DNA from: Eledone cirrhosa
Lineage: Eukaryota
NCBI GenBank assembly: GCA_964016885.1
Contig: OZ024743.1
Location: 82,832,001-82,896,000, forward strand
DNA: 64,000 bases
Direction of reading: 5' to 3'
Shown here in pieces: positions 40,577-54,633 of this stretch (the stretch's first letter is position 1; every line of letters starts with the position of its first letter). Position numbers and translations under genes: made by a program. The notes beneath the pieces were generated by a model that was given only the letters and a program-made list of their open reading frames with translations, was not told the origin of the DNA and made no database searches.

Positions 40577-41860
40577 TGTCTGTCATTAACACTTTCATTA
40601 CCATATTTCTAATGAAAGACACTCTCTGTCATTAACCCTTTCATTACCATATTTCTATTGAAAGACAATCTCTGTCATTAACCCTTTCATTACCATATTT
40701 CTAATGAAAGACACTGTCTATGTCATTAACCCTTCATTACCATATTGCTAATGAAAGACACTGTCTATGTCTTTAACCCTTTCATTACCATATATCTAAT
40801 GAAAGACACTGTCTATGTCTTTAACCCTTTCATTACCATATTTCTAATGAAAGACACTGTCTATGTCTTTAACGCTTTCATTTTCACATTTCTAATGAAA
40901 GTCACTGTCTATGTCATTAACCCTTTCATTACCATATTTCTAATGAAAGACACTGTCTGTCATTAACCCTTTCCTTACCATATTTCTAATGAAAGACACT
41001 ACCTACATTTTTAACCCTTTCATTACCATATTTCTAATGAAAGACACTGTCTATGTCATTAACCCTTTCATTACCATATTTCTAATGAAAGACAATCTCT
41101 GTCATTAACCCTTTCATTACCATATTTCTAATGAAAGACACTGTCTGTCATTAACCCTTTCATTACCATATTTCTAATGAAAGACACTCTCTGTCATTAA
41201 CCCTTTCATTACCATATTTCTAATGAAAGACACTGTCTATGTCATTAACCCTTCATTACCATATTTCTAATGAAAGACACTGTCTATGTCTTTAACCCTT
41301 TCATTACCATATTTCTAATGAAAGACACTGTCTATGTCTTTAACCCTTTCATTTTCACATTTCTAATGAAAGACACTGTCTATGTCTTTAACCCTTTCAT
41401 TACCATATTTCTAATGAAAGACACTGTCTATGTCATTAACTCTTTCATTACCATATTTCTAATGAAAGACACTGTCTATGTCTTTAACCCTTTCATTACC
41501 ATATTTCTAATGAAAGACACTGTCTATGTCTTTAACTCTTTCATTTTCACATTTCTAATGAAAGACACTGTCTATGTCTGTAACCCTTTCATTACCATAT
41601 TTCTAATGAAAGACACTGTCTATGTCTTTAACCCTTTCATTACCATATTTCTAATGGAAGACACTGTCTATGTCATTAACCCTTTCATTACCATATTTCT
41701 AATGAAAGACACTGTCTATGTCATTAACCCTTTCATTACCATATTTCTAATGAAAGACACTATCTATGTCATTAACCCTTTCATTACCATATTTCTAATG
41801 AAAGACACTGTCTATGTCTTTAACCTTTTCACTACCATACTTCTAATGAGAGACACTGCT
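40577..41860. repeat. 48/44-bp minisatellite (~27 copies) built from the end of a TTAA MITE
   Basis: Unit TTAACCCTTTCATTACCATATTTCTAATGAAAGACACTGTCTATGTCA. The last unit continues into the MITE body (41820-42070); the same terminus occurs singly, reversed, at ~50945-50975. Confidence 0.92.
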
Positions 41861-42167
41861 TATTTGTTTTAATGAATCTTTAAAATAATCAGGAATTCAG
41901 TAATATAACTAACTTTCTCATTATTAAGATGGTGTTTGGAATATAACTTAACAAAGGTTCTTACATAAAATTATGATGAAAAGTTTTTCAATAAATATAA
42001 ACAACTTAAAATAACAGTTTTGTATTGAAGAATTGGGGATGGTTTGAACTGGTTTGATATCAGAAGTGTTACGACTACGGGGGATGGTTTCAAGTGGTTT
42101 GATATCGTAAGTGTTATGACCATTTTGCCTACTAAATAAGGTCAATGACCCTGAAAGGTCTGTTTAA

Positions 42168-43692
42168 CCCTTTAGCATTCGCATTAATTTTCAAATGTCA
42201 CGCTTATCTGTTCGCATTTATTTTGAGTTAATCATACTCAAGAGGGTTATCAATTTCATTTGTTTGTAATTTTCTTAATTTTCTATGTGCAGACTTGAAA
42301 TTTTGTCAGTAGATGTTAAAATATCAATAATTTACAATTGTATATTTTTACCAATTTCTTTTGTTAAATTTGACTTTTATGGGCAAGTGAAATTAATTAA
42401 CAGGTGTAAAAGTAATGACTTTATGGATAAACACAAAAATTAAAACTTTATCTGACTTACCTGCTAGATTTGTTACAAAGAATATCCAACAATGACCTAG
42501 ATGTTGACTTCCAACAATTTTAGCACATTTCTGAACAGGTGAATTAATTTAAAATGCAGGTATAATCAGTACAGTACACGGTTTTAGTCTGTCTCTACAT
42601 TTCATGCAAATATTTTCATTGAAAAAAATGTATAAAACCCTTTCACCAGTCAAAATAATATTGGCAATGTACTCTTACACAATGTACTGAGTAGATTTAT
42701 ATAACAGAATGTACCCAATATATAAGTTCATTAACAGGTGTGATGCAGATGAATGCAGGTGTTTTTTGTATATAATGTGTTCCAATATATTTTTTTCAAT
42801 ATTGTCAGACAATATTTCTATCATGATATTGGCCAAAACAGCCTTTACATAATGTCACTTTGCAAAATGAACACATAAACGTGATTTGAATTCCACAACC
42901 TTTAACAGTTTTTCTCTTTCGCAAAGAGCACATTCAGCAAACCTTCCTCCTCCCATTCATTTTCTCCACTTTGTGAAAATCAATATTTTCCGTGTTTACC
43001 TCAGATAATTTCGACTTTCTCCCAGCTTTGTGTTTACGAGAAGAATATCCTCCATGTAGCTGAGAGGCAGAGTCTACACAAAATTTCCTGTGGCAGTAGT
43101 CCTTTGGTGGTGGCGGATCCTTGTGGCTTTTAGTGAATACAATAAAAGAATTAACAATGGCTAAATTCACTAAAAACCACAAGATATACCTCCATTTCTT
43201 CCAGGAGCATCCAACTGGGTAGTAGGTGCAATATTGGTCAGATTTATCAACCCCACCCATATATTTATTATAGGAGAGGTTGACTAAAGGTTTACCTTCA
43301 ATCCCAACTCCTGGTTCTTGGTTAGACGATAGGAACAAAATTTGTCGCTTGTCTTTATACAATGTGGCTAACAAGTTCCCTTTTTGCAATTGGAGAATGT
43401 CCCCTCTCTTTTTAAATTTTGTGATTTTCATTTCTTGGGGTAGCGCTTTGCGATTCCCCATTATTGTACCGCAGGTGTACGTATTTACGAGGGCAAGATC
43501 CTCTGCTAGACGCACTGAAGAAAAAAAACAATCAAAATATATGTGTCTGTTTTGAGAGTGAAAGGGTTCAGTCAGAGACCACACAACATCGTACCCCAAG
43601 CCATATTTTCTCTCTCCGTTGTGTTTCTTTCCTGTGTAAACATCAAAGTTTACACAGTAGCCTGTGTCCGATTCACAGAGTTCCCACACCTT
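42168..43692 (-). mobile_element. piggyBac transposon 3' half; PGBD4-like transposase pseudogene at 42805-43692
   Basis: KVWELCESDTGY..FDVYTGK, YFDCFFSS, GTIMGNRK, YNKYMGGVDKSDQ. Past an in-frame TGA the Cys-rich tail reads C*MCSLRKRK..TFMCSFCKVTLCKGCFGQYH. Terminus TTAA|CCCTTTAGCATT at 42164-42179. Confidence 0.9.
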
Positions 43693-46105
43693 GAGTGCGT
43701 GCACGACGGTTTCATCGCTCTGCGTGCATCTCGGATAGGCTCAGCTGACAGCACTTCCGTGCCTGTAGAGCTTATCTCGAACCGGCAACGCTCCCTGGTA
43801 GCACTGCCAAGCCAGGGATTTCTGGAAGAGAGCAAACAGCTGATTTTCTTTGACGCCCAGGATCTCTCTGAGAACGTCGTCGCTCTTCTCCTCCACTAGT
43901 CCTCTATAGAACGCCAAGGTGGATGTTCCAACGATACTGATGCCCAGCTGGCAGAGGGCGGTGAGCGCCTGGAGACATTCCAGTTTCCAAGCTCTATCTC
44001 TCGGTCTTTTCCTGACCCAGGACTACAGCTCCATCAAGGAGACGAGCTGTGGGAAAACATACCTGGCGAACGGCGACCACACCTGTTCACTGTCAAGGAA
44101 GCACCAGTTATGTCGCAGCCTCAGCGCATGTTTGCGCATCATCAGCCATGGCATGCCCAGTCCTCCACGCAACGGGTGTTGACAGCAGATGGATCGTCTG
44201 ACCATGGGAGCGTGTCCTTTCCACAAAAAGTGGAAGAGGAGGCGCTCCATTTTGGTGAGAGTTGGGCCGGGGCAAGGGACGATGGTGAGGGGGTAGCAGA
44301 TGACGGATGCGATGTACGCATTTGCCACCTCAGCCCGGCCTTTCAGAGACAGCTTCCTCGGCCCATTTCTGGGTGAGGGAGGCCACCCTGCTCATCACCT
44401 CGCTCCAGTTTTTCTCCATCTGGAGGTCCGGTCCGAACCAGACCCCGAACAATTTAACTGGTCCGTCCGTCCAACGCCCCACGACGCTGTCGGACGGCAT
44501 GGACTTGCCTCTCCAGGTGCCGAGCTGTAAGCCCACCGACTTTTCCAGGTTTATTTTTGCTCCTGTCACCGCTTCGTATTCCTTGAGAGCGGTGCTGAGC
44601 ATCTGGACATGTCTGGTGCTCGACACCACCATGGTGACGTCGTCGGCACAAGCCGACTCGGATTTCCCGCATCCTAGTTCGCGTAGGATGTCCCTCATCG
44701 CCCCCAGTTTTTGCAGTAACGACTCGAGAGCCAATATGTACAAGACGGAAGAGAAGGGACAACCCTGATGGTCCAAGCGCATGATGCTGAACGACTGCGA
44801 CAGGTGACTGTTCACCCTCATAACCAAGCAGATGTCGCTGTACATCACAGCGATCCAACCCCTGAAAACGGGCCCGAAACCGGCTGCCTCGAGGACCGCC
44901 GTCAGGTACCGATGGTCGACCTATTGAATGCTTTGGATTGATCCAAGTTGATCAGGGCCCCACCCATGGCAGGTTCCTCAACCAACTCTCTACGATGTAT
45001 CGCACGAGGTGGAGGTTGTTGTGTATGGATCTGTCCGGAATGGCGCATGTCTGCGATCTCCCACCAGATCCTCGATGACAAGCCCCAACCTCGTTGCTAA
45101 CACCATGGCCAAAATCTTGAACTCTGCGTTTAGCAGCGTTACAGGCCTGAAGTTATCAATAACATCCCCCTTGTTCGGCTTTTTTCTCAGCAGCGCCACC
45201 GCTCCCCGGCTCACAAAACTGGGAATGCTCCCGTTCTGCTGCCAGTTGCAGTAGCCGTCTACCAAGAGGTCACCGAACAAGTCTGGCATAAATGCATGAA
45301 GCTCGTAGGGCAGACCATCCAAACCTGGCGACTTACCCCTCGTGCAGTTTGCCATCGCTTCCCGTATTTCACCGGCTGTTATTGGTTTTTTGCAACACAG
45401 TGCTGCAGTCGTTGAGAGCCGAGGCAGTCCATCGAGGTATGCACTGAAGTCTATACCCCGATCCGGGCCGCCGCTGCTCCCGAACAGTTCAGCAAAGTGC
45501 TGCTGAAAAGCCTCACACATCTGCTTGGGTTCGAGCAACACGCACCCGTTTTGGTCAGACAAAGACCGAATTGTGGTTTTGTTGCCATGTCGCACCTCTG
45601 CCACCCGGGCCCATTGGACGGCTTTCGTCCCCTCGTGTTTCAGAGCATGCGCTCTAGCTCTGACAATGCAGCCTTCGTGTTTTGCGTTGAAGAATTGGTC
45701 GAGTGCCAATCTCGCCGCAAGCACATCGGTTGCGATGCCTGTCCTAAACGCCTCTTCTAGCTTTCTGACTAGCTCTCCCTCTACTCTATTTTCCTCTATC
45801 ACCAGTCCTTTGCTAAACCTAATCGACTCTACTTTAATTGCCCTTTTCAGGGCGAACCACCACCTGTTGTTGACGACCGCTCCTGTCAACGCCAGCTTAA
45901 CTAATACGCTAATCCGGTCTCTGTAGGCTTTGCGCGCCGGGAAAGATGCGTTCAGCTTCCAGTAACCGGGTCCTTGTCTATGAAGTCTGTCTATGTCGAT
46001 CTCACAGATCACAAATTTGTGGTCTGTGTAGTCAACTATTTTAAATTGTGGACAACTTATACCAGCCTTATCTAGTTCTCTGCAGAATACCCTATCTAGA
46101 TACGG
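43693..46105 (-). mobile_element. L1/Tx1-clade LINE ORF2 remnant (end of APE, RT, start of zinc knuckle), GC-rich, frameshifted
   Basis: LDRVF..YTDHKFV, GPGYWKLNAS, GKSPGLDGLPYE, NFRPVTLLNAEFKILA, QGCPFS, ACADD, YPRCTQSDETVVHAL. Confidence 0.9.
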
Positions 46106-46136
46106 GTCTAGATAACAACAATAATAATGCTTTAAT

Positions 46137-46492
46137 AAAGACCTGGAAATAGAGATTGGAAAAATGTAGAAGTTGAGAACTAAAACAATAGCAGTGGTTG
46201 TAGGCGCTCTAGGAATGATACCTAAGGGATCTAATGATTACTTATCCCAAATCCCAGGAAACCCGCATATAGAAGAAATACAACAGATAGTACTAATGGG
46301 AACTGGCCATATACTTAGGAAAATTCTGTCAATACCTCCTCCTTAAATCAATCAACCTACATGTGCATGCTCAGGTCAGACCCATTCACATGAGCCATTC
46401 TCACCACATTCACCCACTGGGGGGCAGCACTTCCCTCTCCACCCTCACCTTCCTTTCCAAGAGAAACTTGAAAAAGTTAATAATAATAATAA
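46137..46492 (+). mobile_element. R4/Dong-clade non-LTR retrotransposon 3' fragment (restriction-like endonuclease C-terminus)
   Basis: KDLEIEIGKM*KLRTKTIAVVVGALGMIPK...IQQIVLMGTGHILRKILS; flanked by (AAT)n, the known Dong target. Confidence 0.75.
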
Positions 46493-47492
46493 TTGTTTTT
46501 ACTTTGGGCACAAGACCAGCAAAATACCATTGCATTACTGGTACTTTATTTTATCGACCCTGTAAGGATGAAAAGCAAAGTTAACCTCGGCGGGATTTGA
46601 ACTCAGAATGGCAAGGGCTTTATGCGTCAAAATATGGCGTCCGGTAGAGGGTCGGACGCCATGCTTTGACGCATAGAGTTACGGCCCTTGCTTTATTAAA
46701 GCATTATTATTGTCGGTGGATTGGCAGTATCGGTAGAAGGTCGGACGCCATGCTTTTACGCATAGAGTTACGCCCCTTATCATTCTGAGTTCAAATCTCG
46801 GCGAGGTTAACTTTGCTTTTCATCCTTATGGGGTCGATAAAATAAAGTACCAGTAATGTACTGATAATTGTTGGCCTCGTGCCAAAAGTAGAAACAATTA
46901 TTATTGTTGTTATCTAGACCCGTATCGAGATAGGGTATTCTGCAGAGAACTAGATAAGGCTGGTATAAGTTGTCCACAATTTAAAATAGTCAACTACACA
47001 GACCACAAATTTGTGATCTGTGAGATCGACATAGACAGACTTCATAGACTAATGGTTACTGATTTGGACACAAGGCCAGCAATTTGGAAGAGGGGAAAGT
47101 CAATTAAATAAACCCCATTGCATTACTGGTACTTTATTTTATCGACATCATAAAATGAAAGGCAAAGCTAACTTTGGCGGGATTTGGACTCAGAACGTAA
47201 ATGGCCATAACTCTATGTAACAACGCACATTGTCCGACGCTCTACCGATTCTACTGCCAATCCATAATAATAATTGTTTCTACTTTTGGCACAAGGCCAG
47301 CAATTATCCCAGTGTATTACTGGTACTTTATTTTATCGACCCCCTTAAGGATGAAAGGCAAAGTTAACTGTGGCGGGATTTGAACTCAGAATATATAATG
47401 ATAATATTAGTGATGATAAAAAAAAATAAGAGAAACATTATCTGCTTTTTTTATCTCTTTGTCTCTTCTGTTACCTTTTTGGTGGTTCTTAA

Positions 47493-47696
<204 letters not shown>

Positions 47697-48547
47697 TAAA
47701 AAGATAATAATAATGATATATTGTTTTCTTGTGTGGTTCCACTGTGAGAAGGGAGTTCCTTGGCTTTGTGGTTCTTCAAGGAAAATGGAAATAAGAATCA
47801 TATTGCCATGACAACAAACTTGTGACTGTGGTGAGATCATGATGATGGTGTTAATGAGCATGATAATGGTGGTGGTGGTGATGATGATGATGATCGAGAG
47901 GAGGAGGTGGTGAGATCATGATGATGGTGTTAATGAGCATGATAATGGTGGTGGTGATGATGATGATGATGATATTTTTTTAATTGCATGTTTTACTGTT
48001 TATATTTTTTATGTTCTATTGTTTGCAAGTTCTATTATTATTGTTGTGATGATTGCTGTGTTGGCTGTTGTTATTGTTGTTGTGTTGGCTGTTGTTATCG
48101 TTGTTGTGTTGGCTGTTGTTATCGTTGTTGTGATGATTGTTGTGTTGGCTGTTGTTATTGTTGTTGTGTTGGCTGTTGTTATCGTTGTTGTGATGATTGT
48201 TGTGTTGGCTGTTGTTATCGTTGTTGTGATGATTGTTGTGTTGGCTGTTGTTGTTGTTGTCCATATCAGTTGTGGTGGCTGTTGTTGTTGTTCATGTCAG
48301 TTGTGGTGGCTGTTATTGTTTTTGTCCATATCAGTTGTGGTGTTGTTATTGTTGTTGTTCATGTCAGTTGTGGTGGTTGTTGTTGTTGTTGTTGTTCATG
48401 TCAGCTGTGGTGGCTGTTGTTGTTGTTGTTGTTCATGTCAGCTGTGGTGGCTGTTGTTGTTGTATTTCAGCACAAGGCCCTCTCTCTGTTGTTCTATTGT
48501 TGATTAAAGCAGATCATTTCCTGTAGATATCGAAATATTGGATATGT

Positions 48548-50020
48548 TGGGTTATATATAGTGGGGGACTGGGGGTATATATATAGTGGGGGAATGGGGT
48601 ATATATAGTGGGGGACTGGGGGTATATATATAGTGGGGGAATGGGGTATATATAGTGGGGGACTGGGGGTATATATAGTGGGGGACTAGGGTTATATATA
48701 GTGGGGGACTGGGGTATATATAGTGGGGGACTGGGGGTATATATATAGTGGGGGAATGGGGTATATATAGTGGGGGACTGGGGGTATATATAGTGGGGGA
48801 CTGGGGTTATATATAGTGGGGGACTGGGATATATATAGTGAGGGACTGGGGTTATATATAGTGGGGGACTGGGGTATATATAGTGGGGGACTGGGGGTAT
48901 ATATATAGTGGGGGAATGGGGTATATATAGTGGGGGACTGGGGTTATATATAGTGGGGGACTGGGGTATATATAGTGGGGGACTGGGGTTATATATAGTG
49001 GGGGACTGGGATATATATAGTGAGGGACTGGGGTTATATATAGTGGGGGACTGGGGTATATATAGTGGGGGACTGGGGGTATATATATAGTGGGAGAATG
49101 GGGTATATATAGTGGGGGACTGGGGTTATATATAGTGGGGGACTGGGGTATATATAGTGGGGGACTGGGGTTATATATAGTGGGGGAATGGGGTATATAT
49201 AGTGGGGGACTGGGGTTATATATAGTGAGGGACTGGGGTTATATATAGTGGGGGAATGGGGTATATATAGTGGGGGACTGGGGTTATATATAGTGGGGGA
49301 ATGGGGTATATATAGTGGGGGACTGGGGTTATATATAGTGAGGGACTGGGGTTATATATAGTGGGGGAATGGGGTATATATAGTGGGGGACTGGGGTATA
49401 TATAGTGGGGGACTGGGGTATATATAGTGGAGGACTGGGGTTATATATAGTGGGGGAATGGGGTATATATAGTGAGGGACTGGGGTATATATAGTGGGGG
49501 ACTGGGGTTATATATAGTGGGGGAATGGGGTTATATATAGTGGGAGACTGGGGTTATATATAGTGGGGGACTGGGGTTATATATAGTGGGGGACTGGGGT
49601 TATATATAGTGGGGGACTGGGATATATATAGTGAGGGACTGGGGTTATATATAGTGGGGGACTGGGGTTATATATAGTGGGGGACTGGGGTATATATAGT
49701 TGGGGACTGGGGTTATATATAGTGGGGGACTGGGGTATATATAGTGGGGGACTGGGGTTATATATAGTGGGGGACTGGGGTATATATAGTGAGGGACTGG
49801 GGTATATATAGTGGGGGACTAGGGTTATATATAGTGGGGGACTGGGGTATATATAGTGGGGGACTGGGGTTATATATAGTGGGGGACTGGGGTTATATAT
49901 AGTGGGGGACTGGGGTTATATATATAGTGGGGGACTGGGGTTATATATAAAGTGGGGGACGGGTATATATAGTGAGGGGCGGGTTATATAGAGTGAGGGA
50001 GTGGGGTTATATAGCGTGAG
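48548..50020 (+). repeat. G-rich ~22-25-bp minisatellite, ~60 copies
   Basis: Unit GGGG-T(TA)n-TAGT-GGGGG-ACT with strong G skew on the sense strand. Confidence 0.95.
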
Positions 50021-51019
50021 AGAGTAGGGACTATATGGTGGGGAGTGATCCCTCTGTCATAATGGAATACACTCAGTATCTCCCCTTCCCCCACAAATGT
50101 AAAGTCCTGAGTGAACATACTATGCCAAATGTTGGCGCCATGATCGACTGCACCCAGTAGACTCTGTAATGCGGTTGTCAGTATATAGTAGGGAAGACCC
50201 TTCAATCTGGCCAAGCATATGATAACTTTTCTAGTGCCGGTGCCATGTTAAAATGCACCCAGTACATTCTGTAAAGTAATAGTGCCACAATGAAAGTCAC
50301 CTGGTATACGCTGCAAAGAGGTTGGTTTTAGGAAGTACAACCAGCCATAGAAACCATGCCAAATATGAAACCTCCCAACCTGTCTAATCTCAGAACATGA
50401 TGGCCCCTACAACCCATGCCAGTGTGAAAACCAATGTAAAACAATGATGGTGATGGTAATGTTGATGATGGTGGTGTTGATGATGATGGTATATGTTTGA
50501 TAAAAAGAAGTGCATGGAACATGTACATAAGAATGTATGAGTGCATGTATGTATAAATTGATATGTCTGAATGCTAATAATATTAAATAGCTGACTCTGT
50601 TGAACTTCCAGAGTTTAATTAGATCAATCACAAAATATTGAATATCAAAGTGACATTTTAAGTGATTTAGTTATAAGTTATTCACACACAATATAATAAA
50701 CCGAAATTAAAACAACATTTTCAACATTGCTACTACCACCCACCTGTGCTTCAAATTCATCATTGTACACCTTGCTAACTCCCACCCAGCTGGATGAACC
50801 TTTATACAGAGCTTGCACAACCCTCACATATATATTTATCTAAAAACCATACACTAAAATGTTATGTAAGGACCTTCCTTAAGTTATATTCCAAGTAAAA
50901 GCTTAATAGAGGGAAAGTTATAACATTAGTCTCCTTGGTTAGTGCACTTTAGAAATATTTTAATGAAAGGGTTAAAACTTTAACTATGTCATGTAGGAAA
51001 GGGGGTGGTAAGTGTGTGG

Positions 51020-51051
<32 letters not shown>

Positions 51052-52136
51052 TCTAGCAGGGCTTGGTTCTCAGTTCACTTCTGTATATCATAGTTCTTCA
51101 GGCCATAACAGAGGAGTTTAACCCTTTAGCATTTAAACTGGCCATATCCGGCTAGAATTCTCTCACCTCTTTCTGTTCAAACTGGCCGTAACTAGCCATC
51201 CATACTGATGTAAGGTATTGTTCTCAAGATAAATAGGTTAGAAAGGCATGAAACAAACACTAGATATAAAGAGCCAGAACAAATACCACAATGGCATTTT
51301 ATCAAATACTCTATCAATTCTACCAATCCATTACCATTTGTCAGCTAATAATATTAAAACAAATTATTATATATAACAATTAATATATTGTGAAAAGATG
51401 TGTAATGTTAGTGTGCATGAGTGACATAACATAAGGAAGCTAAGAGTAAAATTCTTTATAAAAACCATGCCTCTCTACTACTGGTGCCATGATAAAACAC
51501 CTAACCCACAATAAAGTGGTTGGTGTTAGGAAGATCTTCCACTGTAGAAATCATGCCTCTCTACTATTGGTGTCATTAAGAATACACCCAGTATACTTTG
51601 GTTAGAGAAGGGCATCCAGCTGTAAAAATGCTGCCCCCAAAATGAGTCAAGCGAACTCTTCAGTTATGTCAATGGCATGAGAACCACTATAGTTTTGGTG
51701 ATCTACTACATGGTAAATACACCCAGTACACTATCTAAAGTAGTTGGTGATAAGAAGGGAATCCAGCCATAGAAATCTTGCTGAACAAAGAGTTTGGAAG
51801 ACATTTCACTGGTACCATGATAAAATGCACCAAGTACACTCAGTAGATGTTGAGGTGTTAGTATCTCTGATTACGTTCTTGACTTGGTCTGTGATGACCC
51901 TTGCTAGCTGAGAAAACATGTTTGAGGATGGTGATGATGGTGCTGGTGGTGGGGATGATGATGATGATGGTGTTGATGGTGATGATGGTGATGATGATGA
52001 TCTAAACAGCTTTGTGTCATAAAGTTGAGGGCAGTTTTAAGGGGTTTGGTTTTACAAGAGTTAATAATTGTAATAATATATACCCAAACCCCAAACCTGA
52101 TAATAAAAACAATGTTTTATATTTGTGTATTTGTAG

Positions 52137-52334
<198 letters not shown>

Positions 52335-52350
52335 TAGCTACATTTACCTA

Positions 52351-52381
<31 letters not shown>

Positions 52382-52773
52382 TAGAATTCGGTTTTCTGCT
52401 CTAGCATAGCAGGTACATAAATGCATTCGTGAGTTTCATATCAAATAATAATAATATTCAATTTGTTTGCAAGCAAACAGCCTCATTATGCTGTTTTTAG
52501 ATGATCATCACCCTCGTTTTGTCACTGCTAGAACAAAAGGATGGTGATGGTTGTCTAAAAATCAGCATAATGAGGCTGGTTGCTTGCAAACAAATTAAAT
52601 ATTATTATTTTATATAAAACTCATAAACGCACATATATATATATTAATCTCTAATTCATGTACAAAGCCAGCAATTTGTGGGGAATGGGAGATCATTTAA
52701 ATCGACCCATTGAATGCTACTTAATTATTGACCCTATAAGGATGAAAGGCAAAGTTGGATTTGGCAGGATTTA

Positions 52774-52995
52774 CATTCAGAGTGTAAAGAGCTGGAAGAA
52801 ATGCCACATTGAAAGTGTAAAGAGCTGGAAGAAATGCCACATTGAGACTGTAAAGAGCTGGAAGAAATGCCACATTGAGACTGTAAAGAGCTGGAAGAAA
52901 TGCCACATTGAAAGTGTAAAGAGCTGGAAGAAATGCCACATTGAGACTGTAAAGAGCTGGAAGAGATGCCACATTCAGGGCTGGAAGAAATGCCA
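52774..52995. repeat. 30-bp minisatellite (~7 copies) inside an antisense SINE-B copy
   Basis: Unit GTAAAGAGCTGGAAGAAATGCCACATTGAGACT-like, flanked by SINE-B body and head sequence. Confidence 0.85.
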
Positions 52996-53624
52996 GGCAT
53001 TTGTTCTAGGCATTTGGCCAACATTCTAATGACTCTGCCAATCTATTGACCATAAAGATTATTAAAAGGTTAAAATTTAAAGTCAATTGCAAGACAACAC
53101 CACCACTGGACAGGATGAAGACACCACCACCCCTGGAGAGGATGCTAGTCTCATGCTGATGCTGGTACACTTTATTGCCAGCTGAGTTGACTGAAGTTAT
53201 GTTTATAATAATAATAATAATGAAAATTATTGTGTACAGTGTTCAGTTACACTACAAAAAAGGAAATGTTTTACTCAAGAACACAATGTGTAACTCAGGG
53301 TCCCATTATGGAGAGTATTGGTCTTATCCATGTCTTCCTTTACCATTCACCAATACTCTGAACTCCACAATAAAACATATTTTACTTTGTTGTTGTTGTT
53401 GTTGTTATTATTATTATTACAAGGGCGGTGAATTGGCAGTATCGGCAGAGGGTTGGATGCCATGCTTTCTATTCAATTCAATATATTTGACAGAAATTAA
53501 AACAGATGCTTCAGATGCCATGTATGTTATGTCCCATTACGGTCTGAGTTCAAATCCCGCCGAGGTTAACTTTGCCTTTCATCCTTACGTGGTTGATAAA
53601 CTAAGGTACCAGTAATGTCACATC

Positions 53625-53655
<31 letters not shown>

Positions 53656-53901
53656 ATATATATGTGTATATATTTGTGTTCACACATATATATATATACA
53701 CACACACACACAGATCCTGGTGAAGTTAGCTTTGTCTTTCATCCTTAAGAGGTTGATAAAATAAAGTACCAGTAATGCATTGGGGTTGATTTAATCGACC
53801 CCCCCCCCCCCAAAAAAAAAAATTGCTGGCCTTGTGCCTATAGTAGAAATCATCATTATAATTATTATTATTTTTTAAATTTTGTTTTCTCACTTTTTTA
53901 G

Positions 53902-54111
53902 GGAGCCCTATTCCAATCCCCTCACATTGACGAGAATGATGTACAAACCATATCACACAAGTGCGAAGTCCTCTCCATCAATGACTTCCGTCTACGTAAA
54001 TACAATGCCAGCAAAATGGAAGACTACGAAGATATATATTTCCTGGCAGGATCCTACGATCCAATGACTGGACGTGTCACTTATGAATCCGGAATACCAG
54101 AAATCATATGA
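53902..54111 (+). CDS. TNRC18/BAHCC1: TNRC18/BAHCC1 family last coding exon (BAH C-terminus, stop TGA)
   Basis: tttttAG acceptor. GALFQSPHIDENDVQTISHKCEVLSINDFRLRKYNASKMEDYEDIYFLAGSYDPMTGRVTYESGIPEII*. Confidence 0.97.
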   Translation, partial: GALFQSPHIDENDVQTISHKCEVLSINDFRLRKYNASKMEDYEDIYFLAGSYDPMTGRVTYESGIPEII

Positions 54112-54221
54112 CCAAACAAGAAGACACAATTACAACATAATAGAGACACATTCGTAACCTATTGAAGGGCTGTGTCTGTTAATTCAACACATACTCATAT
54201 ATATATATATATATAAATATT

Positions 54222-54254
<33 letters not shown>

Positions 54255-54484
54255 ATACATTCATATATACAACAGCAAGAAGCATTTTCATGCTATTTTC
54301 CCGGCTAAAGCAGAGGTTAAGCGTATCGACCCTGTAACAGGTTTTATACTCATCACAGGGGACTTTTGAAGTAATTTTTTTCCAGCTGGATGCCATTTGT
54401 TGGCCCAAATATTTTTAGTCGCCTCTATCGACATGCAGGGATACATGAACCTTTTGTAAATCAGGAACACAGTGTATATATATG

Positions 54485-54541
<57 letters not shown>

Positions 54542-54585
54542 ATATATATATATATGTGTGTACACAAATATATACACATATATAT

Positions 54586-54633
<48 letters not shown>

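Noticed and set aside
42934-42936. In-frame TGA in piggyBac as selenocysteine/readthrough or a domesticated gene
   Set aside because: More simply a point mutation (e.g. CGA to TGA) in a 5'-deleted element that still retains its TIR.
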